Below are positions 13,347 to 25,027 of a DNA stretch of 64,000 nucleotides, one piece after another. The notes beneath the pieces were generated by a model. It saw nothing but the letters and a program-made list of their open reading frames with translations. It was not told where the DNA came from and did not search any database. Source of the DNA: Neodothiora populina (taxonomy: Eukaryota); assembly GCF_041146345.1 (NCBI RefSeq), contig NW_027191413.1, forward strand, positions 868,001 through 932,000. The letters run 5' to 3'. Numbering within the stretch: the stretch's first letter is position 1; every line of letters starts with the position of its first letter. The position numbers and the translations under genes are program-made.

Positions 13347-14021
13347 ATCTGCAGTTGTGGCAAGTGGCAGGAATACAGAGCCGGTGGTGGTGTAGTGGGA
13401 GAGGGCAAAGTGTGCGTGACAAATGTGGAATGTACAGTAGAAGGGATGGGTACTCAGTAGAATGCGTAGAATTGGCAAGGATTATGTGCAAGACTAATGT
13501 CGCAATGAGATGGGCGACTGAACACGGTATAACACAGACGCCTATCAAGGTAACCTGGAGGGCAAGGTAGACAAGATAAGGTAAGGTCAGGCACAGGATA
13601 AAAGTACCTGCACTGCCCTGTACAGTCGGTAAGGCACAACTCGATAAGGTACTTGTAGATGCGGAGTTACTGTGTGATGGCCATGACGACGTCAATCCAT
13701 GGCAACCAGTGTTTGCTCCTGTTTGCATTGTGGATTTACCTCTCAAAACAACATACACGTCTGTGGAATATTGTACACGCGCGCGCAAAGTGAGAAAGTC
13801 ACTTGGACGAGGACTATACATCCAAGACTTGTACACGGAGGCGTCGAGCTGGGATAGTCATGTTGAAGGGCTCTGTTTGAATGACGTAGCGACTCGAGCG
13901 CATTCTTCATCGACGGAAAAACTTTCGATAATTACTTTACACAAGGAAAGAGCTGAGCTGGTCAAGAGAGAAGGAGCTTTGCTACGAGGCCGAAGCAATA
14001 TCACTTCATTCCACATACACA

Positions 14022-16008
14022 ATGGGAGCGACGACACCCATGTCCGCAGCGCGGCCTTATCGGGACTTCCTCACTCCTGCTCTGCATCGAAGCTTCACAA
14101 ATGCTGCTCTGGTCGGCTTATTTTTGTGCTGGATTGAGGCTGCCCTCATGGCCGAACTTAGCTGTGAGTCAGAGCAATACATACCTCCTTCAAGCTGACG
14201 CTGACCTTCCGGCAAGTCTTCTGGTCCTGGTTTCCACTGGGAATGACTGGTATCCGCACTTTACTGCTCTTCGTGAGCCCGCTTAGTGTTTTCATTTTAC
14301 GAGTCGCCCAACTCCACTTCGGCAAGAGGACCACCACTTACTCATTCGAGACATTCTGGCAATACGGTCTCAGCCGCAATGCTTTGCATACTTGCTTCTG
14401 GTATGCCGTCTCGGCATTCTTGTTTGGCGAGGTCTACATCTGGAGCACCGCACAAACAGCCAACCTTTCTTTGGTTGATCCTGGCAGGTATGTATATCGC
14501 AGATTCTGATACCATCAGGATGACTGATCCATGCTAGATCTTATGAGCGTCCTCGAGTGAATCAACGACCCGTACTGTTACGTAGTCTGTTTTTCATCCT
14601 TGCTCTCTTTCAGTCTGCGGTCCACCTATATCGCGATTATGACTTGGTACCGCTCGATACAAATGCAGACGTGACAGGAACGAAAGGCACTGTCAGGTCA
14701 TGTCTACGACAACTGCAGCAGCTGACGCCGAAAGCCTTGCAAAGATCGCTGACCATTGTCATTGTAACGACTCTGACCGGACCATTCCTGTATCTCCTCA
14801 ACTTCTTATGGATCCGCACATGTTCATGGAAAATTGCTATCAGCCTGGCCCGCCTGTCTTTTACTCTGTCCAAGCAACCAAGGCCTGCTGGACTCACAGA
14901 TGTGACAACCTTGTTGGCTCGTTTTGCCTGGTCTGCTTTACTCCTTGTCGTCCTGTGGGAGATATCAAATCATGCCTTCACCATCTACACCGCTCAGGAG
15001 CCTCTCAGAAAGGGGTCGCCTCTGACTACTGACTCTAGAGATCCCAATGGTAGCTTGATTGCCGGCCTGAAAGCCAAGAAGGAAATACCCAAAACAGTCG
15101 CATTTTGGGAGCTAAGCACCATCGTTGCCAAATTTCCCGAGAGAAGGGAAACTCTGTACGCTGATCTAGATCGCGCCGGAGGCTCGACATGGTCTCAAAT
15201 CTCCAATATCTGTCTTTCTGAGATACAATCCGTCAGCCAGCGTATCCAGGACTGCCAACGGCCTATGGAAGCACCCGTTGGAAACCCCGCGGAGCAACAA
15301 AACACGAAGTCATTGCCGAGAATTTCACAGCCAATTCACAACGACAACATCCTCAATGCACCAGCCCCTGCTACGTCCGGTATGGAGGTGGTCCAGAACG
15401 GTATAGGTGCGGTGGCCAAACATTATGGGTCTTCGGCCGGAGCCAGTCCTATCAACGCGACAACTAAATTATTAGGCTACAATGGCAACCATGTGCCTAT
15501 CGGGGTGCCAAAGCAATTGCAACCGGCTCTGCAGAGTGCAAAAAAGAACGCCAAGGTCGGAGATCTTCGAAGCCTGTTCGGCAAGCTCTTCCGCCGTCCG
15601 TTCGGCAGGCAGGTCAATGCAGTTGTCTTCGGAGTCCCGTACAGCAACGCCAGCCGCATCGCAAACGCGATTCAGTCCATCTCCAACCTGGTGGTGTTCA
15701 GTCTAAAGGAGGACAGGCTGGGTCAAGTGCAGAAAGATATCGCCCTGGTTGTTCGCACACTTATGAAGATGATCGAGGATGTCCAGCAGCTATTGCAAAC
15801 CCTGCCGCCGCATTGGACAGACGTTGGATTTGATGGCACGAGACAGTCACCAGATATCAGTGAGCTACTGTCCATTACACAGACAGGTCTAGAGAAAATC
15901 CTGCTCGTGTTTGGAGAATACTCGGACGAGCTAGGTCTCAGTAAGGGTGAAATCAGGAAGGCGAAGCAGCTCATCGGACGCCCTCGGGAGATGGAAATGA
16001 AGAAATGA
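14022..16008 (+). CDS. NDC1: Nuclear pore / spindle pole body membrane protein Ndc1 (Cut11), 3 exons
   Basis: ATG at 14022 gives MGATTPMSAARPYRDFLTPALHRSF. Multiple TM segments; EPLRKGSPLTTDSRDPNGSLIAGLKAKK, AFWEL and SLKEDRLGQVQKDI motifs; introns near 14164-14215 and 14488-14537. Confidence 0.88.
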
Positions 16009-16356
16009 AGACGAACGTCATTCATCTACCTCGCTCTAGACATCCGTGAATGTGTATGATGAATAAATAAATAAATAAAAAGCCTTTGACTTATAGACAC
16101 ATACCCATAACCATGACACACTCTCATTGTACTCAGATCTTCCTCAGCATATGACACGTACGATTGAACTCCCTCCATAGGTGCGTCTTGCACAACAAAA
16201 CTTCTAGTAGATGTTTATTATGTCATGCCCGTGCCTTTCCTTCATATAGCGAACCCGGTTGAGTTATCTGACCTATGAAGTTCTTTCAAGGTCGATTGAA
16301 GGCCAAAAATTGCATCGTGAATACACCATGGCAAGCATGACAGAAGCAAAAGATAA

Positions 16357-16461
16357 TGAACAGAGTGGGATTCGAACCCACGCCATTTCTGACTAGCGTA
16401 TGTAAGTCTTCGTAAGAAGACCACCTTAAGCTAGCGCCTTAGACCGCTCGGCCATCTGTCC
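16357..16461 (-). tRNA. tRNA-Leu (anticodon AAG) with ~25-nt intron
   Basis: Minus strand GGACAGA-TGGCCGAGCGGTCTAAGGCG-CTAGC TT AAG G [intron] C GCTAG-long variable arm-GTGGG TTCGAAT CCCAC-TCTGTTC A. Acceptor, D, anticodon and T stems all pair. Confidence 0.95.
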
Positions 16462-17201
16462 GATGAAGGAGCAGGAGTTGTTACACGTATATATTGTTCA
16501 GTCACAACTGCTAAATTTTTCGTAAGAACAATACTGCGTAAACCGGGTGAGCATCGAGGACACAAGGACAGAGAACCAGAGTTCCTCTACAAAGGATCGA
16601 GACCTGCCTGGCCTCCTGCAAGGATCTAAACTTTTTGAAATGTCTTCTAACATATCTGCTCAGGCAGTAAAATGGTCGTTTGGCGAAAACCCACATCGTC
16701 ACCAGGAACTAAGCATCGAGGCAAATATCTCGCACTACCGCAACCTCGGCGAATCTAGAGCTACCTGACCGAGTCGAGCTGACTCTGGCTTACTGGACTA
16801 ATGTATCTTATAAAAGGGACTCTAATCCATCGTCTTCGACATCATGTTTGGCGGGAGTTAGTGAAGCAGTCCTCGAGGTCATGTTTCGTCGGAGATAGTG
16901 AAGCTTTGCATTTGGAGCGAATGGAGCGAACGAACGCGAAGCCAACGGAGCAATCAGCGAAACTCAATATGGCGTCGTTGTACTGTATGTTCTGCCAAGC
17001 AGGTCTACTAGACAGCTATATAATACATCTATTCCCAAGGATTGTTACTGGACCTACCAGAGTCAGTGACAGATATACAAGGTGTCGGATTTCCCCTCCT
17101 ACCCCACGAAGCTTACTTGTATTAATTCCTCACAAGGAAAGGGGGTCAGACAGTTCATATCCTTTCCTCGCACGTCTAAAGACATAACTATATTCTTAAA
17201 T

Positions 17202-18215
17202 ATGTTTGGTCTTTTTGGTGGCGAAACCTTCAAGCCAGAGCAGGACATACCAGCTCTGGCTGGCAAGGTCATACTTGTCACTGGTGGTAAGCAAGACACG
17301 ACGATAAGACAGCAGCATGCACGGAACACATGTGTCTGAAGGCGACGGCTAACATTCTGTCAAGGTAACACTGGTCTGGGCTATGAATCAGTACTCCAAC
17401 TCGCCAAGCACGAGCCAAAGGAGATCTATCTCGCAGCGCGTACAGAGTCAAAGGCGCTGAAAGCGATAGAGGAGATCAAGGCAGCCGTTCCCAACGCAGC
17501 CATAACCTTCCTGAAGCTTGACCTGACGGATTTCAAATCCGTTGAGAGCGCAGCCAAGGAGTTCACGTCCAAGAGCGACCGTCTAGACATCCTGCTGAAC
17601 AATGCCGGAGTCATGGCCCTGCCGTACTCCAAGACGGCGCAGGGCTACGAGATCCAGTTCGGGACAAACCACATGGGTCACGCACTGCTGACCAAGCTGC
17701 TTCTCCCCACCTTGGTCAAGACGGCAGCCGAAGCGCCCGACTCGGACGTGAGAATCATCAACTTGAGCAGCGCAGGCCATCAGCTGGCCCCTTCGGGAGG
17801 CATTGTTTTCAACCAGGACGCGCTCGAGACGTATGGGACGTGGGCTCGTTACGGTGCCACCAAACTCGCCAACATCCTCCACGCTCGCGTTCTCAGCGCC
17901 AAGTATCCGCAAATCACTTGTGCCGCAGTCCACCCAGGCGTCATCCTCACTGATCTCTACGCCAGCAGCCAGCAGTCCAGTTTCATCGTGAGATGGGGTT
18001 TGAAAACCGTCGGCAGCTTGGCCATGCGTGATGTGCACTATGGTGCTTTAAACCAGTTGTGGGCAAGCACTGTATCAAAGGAAAAGGTCAGGCAGAGTAT
18101 CTACTGGGTTCCTGTCGGCAGTGCAAGTGCAGGATCTGCATACGCGAGAGATGAGAAGCTCGCTCAGAAGCTCTGGGATTACACCGAAGAAGAGTTGAAG
18201 AAGCACGGCTACTGA
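17202..18215 (+). CDS. Short-chain dehydrogenase/reductase (retinol dehydrogenase/WWOX-like); intron 17287-17364
   Basis: MFGLFGGETFKPEQDIPALAGKVILVTG/GNTGLG (TGxxxGxG), LNNAGVM, QFGTNHMGH, YGATK (YxxxK), VHPGVI. Confidence 0.9.
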
Positions 18216-18768
18216 TGGCTGCATACTTTTTTAAGGCCCCATGATGTCTGCTCGTATTTGTCTTGAATCTAATGGTGCTCTTTTTCTGTTTATTCACTAG
18301 TCTTGGGACTGACAACCAGCTATTGCGCTTCTTATCGTCTACTAAACACAAGCTGTCCAAGGGACATCTCCAAGCTCACGCCGAACAAAGCGTCTTGATC
18401 TCCGGAACCTTGTAACTGACATGCATAAGGTATTCAAGCCGTACCCTTGTGCCCCACTGGTAGAAATTCGGTCGTCTTTCGGGAACATGGTATCGGGAAA
18501 CTCTTGCTCCGCACCATGCCGTGAATTTGTAACCTAAGGTAGGGCGGAATACGCACCCCGCACCACGTCATGTTATCGATCTTGACGTTTTAAAGACCTA
18601 CCGTACCTTACGCTACAGCAGCAACACATTTGCAGAAACAATCTTATGATAGACATTGTCTGTTCTGCATACTGACACTAAATCGATCGTGTCGAGACTC
18701 CGGTAATTAATCAAGGAAAGGAACCCGTAGAAAGACATCTGTCGTCTTTCGCATCCTACATACTCAAA

Positions 18769-20198
18769 ATGATGAAAGCAGTTCACTATGAAGGGCCGTT
18801 CAAAGTGTCGGTCAGGGAGGTGGAAATGCCCAAGATCGAGCATCCCGACGACATAATCATCAAGGTCACCACGGCTGCCATTTGCGGCTCGGATCTACAC
18901 ATGTATCAGGGCCGTACGGCGGCTGAGCCCGGGCTGGTCTTTGGTCATGAGAATATGGGTATAGTCGAGGAGATTGGCCCGGGTATCACCCTGCTCAAGA
19001 AAGGAGACCGAGTTGTGATGCCTTTCAATGTCGCGGACGGAAGATGTAGGAACTGCGAAGAGGGGAAGACTGCGTTCTGCACTGGTGAGACTCTACGGCA
19101 TTCACGTTGGCTGTGTTCACAATACTAAATGATGTGATTAAAGGTGTCAATCCTGGATTTGCTGGTGGCGCATATGGGTGAGATCGAGCATTATCCAATT
19201 GAAAGACTAGATCAGAACCATTGACACAAAGTAGATATGTTGCCATGGGCCCTTACCAGGGAGGCCAGGGCCAGTACCTTCGAGTCCCATTCGCAGACTT
19301 CAACGCTTTAAAGCTTCCTCCAGGAAGGGAGCATGAAGCCGACTTTGCCATGCTGGCTGATATCTTCCCTACAGGGTGGCACGGTTTAGAGCTCGCAGGT
19401 TTCCAGGCTGGTGAAAGCGTGGCTGTCTTCGGAGCTGGACCAGTGAGCAACCTGCATGATTCCAACAGGCATGTGAAGTGGTACTGATGATCATTTTTCA
19501 GGTCGGTCTGATGGCGGCTTACTCTGGCATCCTTCGCGGCGCCAGTAGAGTGTTTGTAGTCGATCAAGTCAAAGAGAGACTGGATGCAGCAAAGAAGATT
19601 GGCTGCATCCCCATCAACTTCAGGGATGGCGATCCTGTTGAAGCCATCATCAAGCAGAACGACGGTATGGTAGACCGTGCTGTCGATGCTGTAGGCTACC
19701 AGGCGGTGGACACGAGCGGCAAGCAGGAGCAGCCGAATGTCATCCTCGACCAATTGATCATGGTCACACGTCCCACAGGCGGCCTGGGTATACCAGGACT
19801 CTATGTGCCCTCGGTAGGTCATCTCAAAAGACAAGGGAGTCTCGGACGTCATTGACAAGTCGCAGGATCCTGGCGCGCCAGATTCGCAAAGCGCCAAAGG
19901 GCAAATTCTGATTTCATTCGGCAAGCTGTTCGAAAAGGTACGATACAACCAGACGAAACTCATGTTGTAGTCACCTCTAATTCCTCGCCTGCATCAGGGA
20001 CTGCACCTCGGAACAGGCCAGTGCAACGTGAAGGCATACAATCGTTACCTGCGTGACCTCATCATATCCGGACGGGCTAAGCCGAGCTTCGTTGTATCCC
20101 ACGAAGTTGGGCTTGAGGAAGCGGTCGAGGCATACGAAAAGTTCGACAAGAGAATCGACGGATATACCAAGGTTCTCTTGCACCCTAATGGCTGGTAA
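18769..20198 (+). CDS. Zn-dependent medium-chain dehydrogenase, glutathione-independent formaldehyde dehydrogenase-like; about 5 introns
   Basis: AICGSDLHMY, GHENMG, GRCRNCEEGKTAFC, GGQGQYLRVPFADFN, LADIFPTGWH, GAGP/VG, AVDAVGYQA, GTGQCNVKAYNRYLRDLI; stop TAA at 20196-20198. Confidence 0.88.
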
Positions 20199-20425
20199 AT
20201 GTACTCTTGGGTGGCTGGGTATGGCAGATGTGGTTCTCAGTCAGTTTTTAAGGCGCCTTTAATCCTCATGAAAAGGCAGTCCAGTATTCACTGTGGGAAA
20301 CCACGGTGGAGAGCTGTAGAAGCTCCTGCCCTGTATGATCCTCGCAATGGCCGTGTTCGGTGCCTCCAGCCAATTCCAGACACGCGGAGAACTTCGTGAT
20401 TCGTAGACGTCCTCACTATTGTGAT

Positions 20426-20992
20426 CTACACCTCTTCATCCCCCTCCAGTACTCGCGCGCTTATTATCTTCACTTCCTCAACCGGTCTGTCTTCCTTGTC
20501 CGTCTTGATAAGACCCATACGTTGAACAATCCTCATGCCATTCTTGACGCGCCCGAAGATAGTGTGTTTGCCATCCAACCACGGGGTAGGCGCAAGAGTG
20601 ATGAAGAACTGCGAGCCATTCGTATTCGGCCCTGCGTTGGCCATTGACAGGATTCCCGCGCCAGTGTGTCGCAGAGAGGGACTGATCTCGTCCTCGAACT
20701 TCTCGCCATAGATGCTTGCGCCGCCCCGACCGGTGCCTGTTGGGTCCTATATTGAGGAAATGTCAGACTATAGACGCGCGTGGACTTTCTCTTGCATACG
20801 GCAGAGACGGGGAGATTGACGTACTCCTCCTTGGATCATGAATGATGGGATGATGCGATGGAAGACGGTGCCGTTGTAGTAGTTCCTGCTGGCCAGCGTG
20901 GTGAAGTTTGCGCATGTCTTGGGTGCATGGTCTCCGTATAGCTCGACCACTATCGAGCCCATGCTTGTCTCTAGCAGTACGTTTTGTGACAT
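20426..20992 (-). CDS. Cyclophilin-type peptidyl-prolyl isomerase (PPIL1/Cyp1-like), 2 exons
   Basis: [76 protein letters not shown]. Confidence 0.93.
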
Positions 20993-23900
20993 CGTTCCTG
21001 GTTCGTTGGTTGGTTTGGCTTTGATTCGTGTAAGTTTTGTTCGTAGTGGTGGTGCGTTGCGTTCTAGATTTTGTTAGTTACTCCATGTAGGGTATAACTC
21101 CACGACTCGTAAATCGGCCTTGGCATGCTGTATAGAACTACCAGTGGGGGAACCCTGGCCAATATACCAGAAATGATGTTGCACTTACGGTATGGATGGC
21201 TTTTCCTTTGGGAAATAAATATAGTCGCCCATGTGTAACACACTTTTTCTTTTGATGTTCATGTCGTCTGTTATCTACTCAGTCCAATGAACGTTGAATT
21301 GGCTCATTGTTCATTGCATACTTCGTGACATAGGCCTAGACCGTCACAAGTACTGTTCTCCATGCACATTTCACAGCGTAGGACCTATACACAGTACCTT
21401 ATCCTCTTCTGGGTCATTCTCTTGATCTGTAGCATAATGACAGCACGCACACTATCATCCATATAACGTGCAGTGTTTCGCTACACAGATCCCAATCATA
21501 TTGACCACTAGTAGAGAGATATGTCCTCTATGCACACGCTACATAGGGTATCATACCCTTGGCGCCATAACCACCTACTGTACTTGTTTCCACCTGAGTC
21601 AGGATGCTATAGTTAATAGATGCATTATACAATAAAGTGATCACGCACGAACTATGCTGTAGGTGTTACGCTCTCCAAGACCTAACATCGATCTCGTCTG
21701 TGCACGACCGACATCTCTGGTTCGACAACTACTAGCCACCGGGCGGCTGTAATACTCCTTACACCAACCCTTGTACAACTGCCCAGTGCAGGAGAAAGTG
21801 AGCATCCTGGCAGAGGTGTCAAGGACGAGCGTACGCTGATGACACCCCGCCACGCTCCTCTGAACGATGTTTCTGCGCTACCTGAGCCTGTACAAGTACT
21901 GCACCATCATGGACCAGCGAGCTCGTATCGAGGGATTCTTGAGTCATGGAAGCCAAGCACATGCGATATGACATGCAGGATCGACGGCTCAGAGCAGAGC
22001 CAGAACGAATGTCTCACTTTTTGATGCCATGATGCCATGAGATATGATCAACACGCACAGATGGATCTGTAAGGATTGCGAGGAGAGCGTCAGCGGGTAC
22101 AGCTCCACCAATGGCGCGCAACCTTTGTAATGGAGGAGTGTAGAGCTGTCACAAGAGCGGTGAGTGGGTAGTGCGGAGGGTTCCTGTTTCATGCTAAGAA
22201 TCTTGCTCTTCAAGGGACATTGCCATGTGACAAGTCTACAGTAGCAGGAGCCTCCCCACCTCCCCACCCAGTTCTGGTCAATGACCATAGGGTGGAAGCG
22301 AGATTAATGAGCGTACTCATGATCGCTGATTTTATGATGTAGCTCAAGACTGGTGAACACATCGTGCTGGAACGTTGCATCAATGGTCTGGTAGGCCGGT
22401 CGTAAAACTTCCTCCGAGCCAACAGCACCAGACAACGTGGAGCATAGCACATCCAATCTTTAGCCGTTACACTTACTGAATATGAATATCATCAACACAG
22501 TTTGAACCAATTGCCGCCGACTCATGGGCGTTTTGCCGGCGTCGTAACAGCCACGTCTTCATCGAGAGAACGCTATGCGCTGAACGACATTCGCTGGCAC
22601 GATTTACTGTCCAAAAAAACGCAACAAGCCCAGGCTTCCGAAGTGGACTCATGTTGGGCTTAGTGCGTAAAGCCTTGGCCTGGGAGACCCTTTCGCTGAA
22701 TTGGGGGACTGTGGCGTCGTAGAGTACCAGTACGGTACGGAGTACATACTGTAGAAGTGGTAGAGAGTACTTTTACAAGTACCCTGGGTCACTTGCTCGA
22801 TGCGTACAGGAACGCATTGGCTGTCATCGAAAGTGAAACGAACGACAATCTGGCCTAAACCCCCAGCCGTTCGCTTCCAGCACTACTGCGTGGCATTGCT
22901 CTTCAACGTTATTGGACACAGATGAATATGTGGCCAGTGTCTTTCGAGGGACAGTGTAGTCGATGTGGGAACTGCAATCTTGAGTTGCGCGTCCATTGTC
23001 CAACACCTTGATTGGGTGGATGGGTGGATCAACCAAGAAAATCATGTTTTGGCAAGCGCAACCGGTCTGAATGCTTTCGCGCACAGAATCGTCTCATGCG
23101 GTTCATATCCAAGGCGAATTCACCGGCTTCACCGAGCTGGAATAATGCTCTATATTCAAACAAGATTCAGAGCCTAGAACGATGGATGACGGCGTAAGGA
23201 GCAGGACTGTGAAGGAAGGAGAGATGTGCGGGCTTCATTGGTAAATGAAGATCCAACTCGGGCAGGCCGAGATCAGAGAATCAGAGAATCTGATACGCAG
23301 CGGTCCACGCCGCACGCCGCCCTGTCCCTGAACCCGCAATTGAACCCGCAAACTGTAGGTCGTGCAACGCCGGCATGTACTGTACTCGTAAGACGGCAAA
23401 ATGCACAGGCGTGCATCCGAGGATCATTGCGTCTTATTTCGGCGTATCCTGCGGTAGTACTCGATGGTCTTGGGGCCCCCAGTGCCATGGTGACTGGCCC
23501 TCCCCAACAAAGATCACAGATGCGTGTGCACAACCGGCGTGTGTCAAGATGAAGAATGCCTTAGTGCCTTAAAGTGTCGATACGAGCTCAAAATGCTTGG
23601 CTGAGCTGGACATGAACTCAATTTGCCATGTGCGCGGGATACCTCGGTTCGATCTAAATAATAAGTAGAGAGTGACCACATTGTGTTACATGCTCAAAGT
23701 TTTCCTCGAGCAATCCATTACCGGTGACTTGCAGCAGCATTGATGCATGCTGTCACTGCCTGCGAGCTAGACCGCATGGTTGTGACACCGCATAAACTCA
23801 AAAAGTTTGTTAGTTATTGCTAAGGCGCGAGGTGGCTAAGGTATGTAGCTACGGAGTACACACCAATACCTGTACGAATCTTGTGGGATACCAGGCACAG

Positions 23901-25027
23901 TAGTTCTAGCTTGTACTTCCGGTACCTGCAGCACCGCGTCGGCATTTGACGCAATCGCAACGGGAACTATCGGTATTCAATCGAGACCGGAGTAATTTGC
24001 CCTAGACATGTGTACAAACTCTACAGCTCGACGTCGAGCGTTTGCAAACATTCGGGAATGTACTGGTATGATCCTACAGATAGGCGTCTTAATAGCGGCA
24101 AAGCGCGAGACGCCTATAGTCGAAGGATCACCGACTGTATGGTACAGTGTACGCACGTAACTTTTGAAGATACCTACCATCTCGTGCCTAGCCACTCGGC
24201 GGGCACGTCACAACCAAAGAGACTGTCAAATGATGAAGCTAAAGGTACAGTGATATGGAAAGGATCAGTCCAGCGGAAAGGGTTATCGGCGCGAGAGGTG
24301 ACGCCGTAACTTGAAGTACGTGCTACGGTATGATCTTCTCCAATTCTTGGCTGGGGGCTAAGTTCCTCTCACGACGAATAATTAAGGTGACCATGATGCA
24401 GGACTTGGCAATGGAAGCTTGGTGCTTCGGTGGCAGGTAGTATCTCCTTGTACCAACCATGTTTAAGGAGCTTTAGTGCGCCGGATAATCTCGCACTCAG
24501 ACTGATTGTACTCCTGACCGCCTCTGATGTGGGGCTGCAATCCCCAAGTCAATCACTTTAATGAGCACGAGATGTCAACAGCCTCGTGTGAGGTGGCTGC
24601 TTGGGACATGACTAATTTGTGTCTGGTTCAGTACATGATCATGCATGTAGAGCATGAGAGCAACTATCGAACCACTGCTACATAGCAGCTTGCACATGCC
24701 AGTGGTACGCGCTACATGCGTACACAAATTTTAGAAGTAGGAAAACAAAAAAAGTTATACTCTTTGCGGTCGTGCCGCTAGTTCATCTAATCGTTGAGAG
24801 GGAGTAAGGCTGGCTCCCATATTGTGTCTGTAGCAGCACATTGTTCTGTCGTAATTTTATCCATAGTAACTTTTTCCCACATCTGGTATATGAGTAATAC
24901 CCCCCCTGTGATCTCGACCGAGTGATGCGCCTCGCATCATTCATGATCGTTCGACGCGCTCTGTGATTCGTCTCATGGCTCCGAAGAGTCCAGTCAATAC
25001 AGATGTTGCTCGAACTTATGTTCCCGT

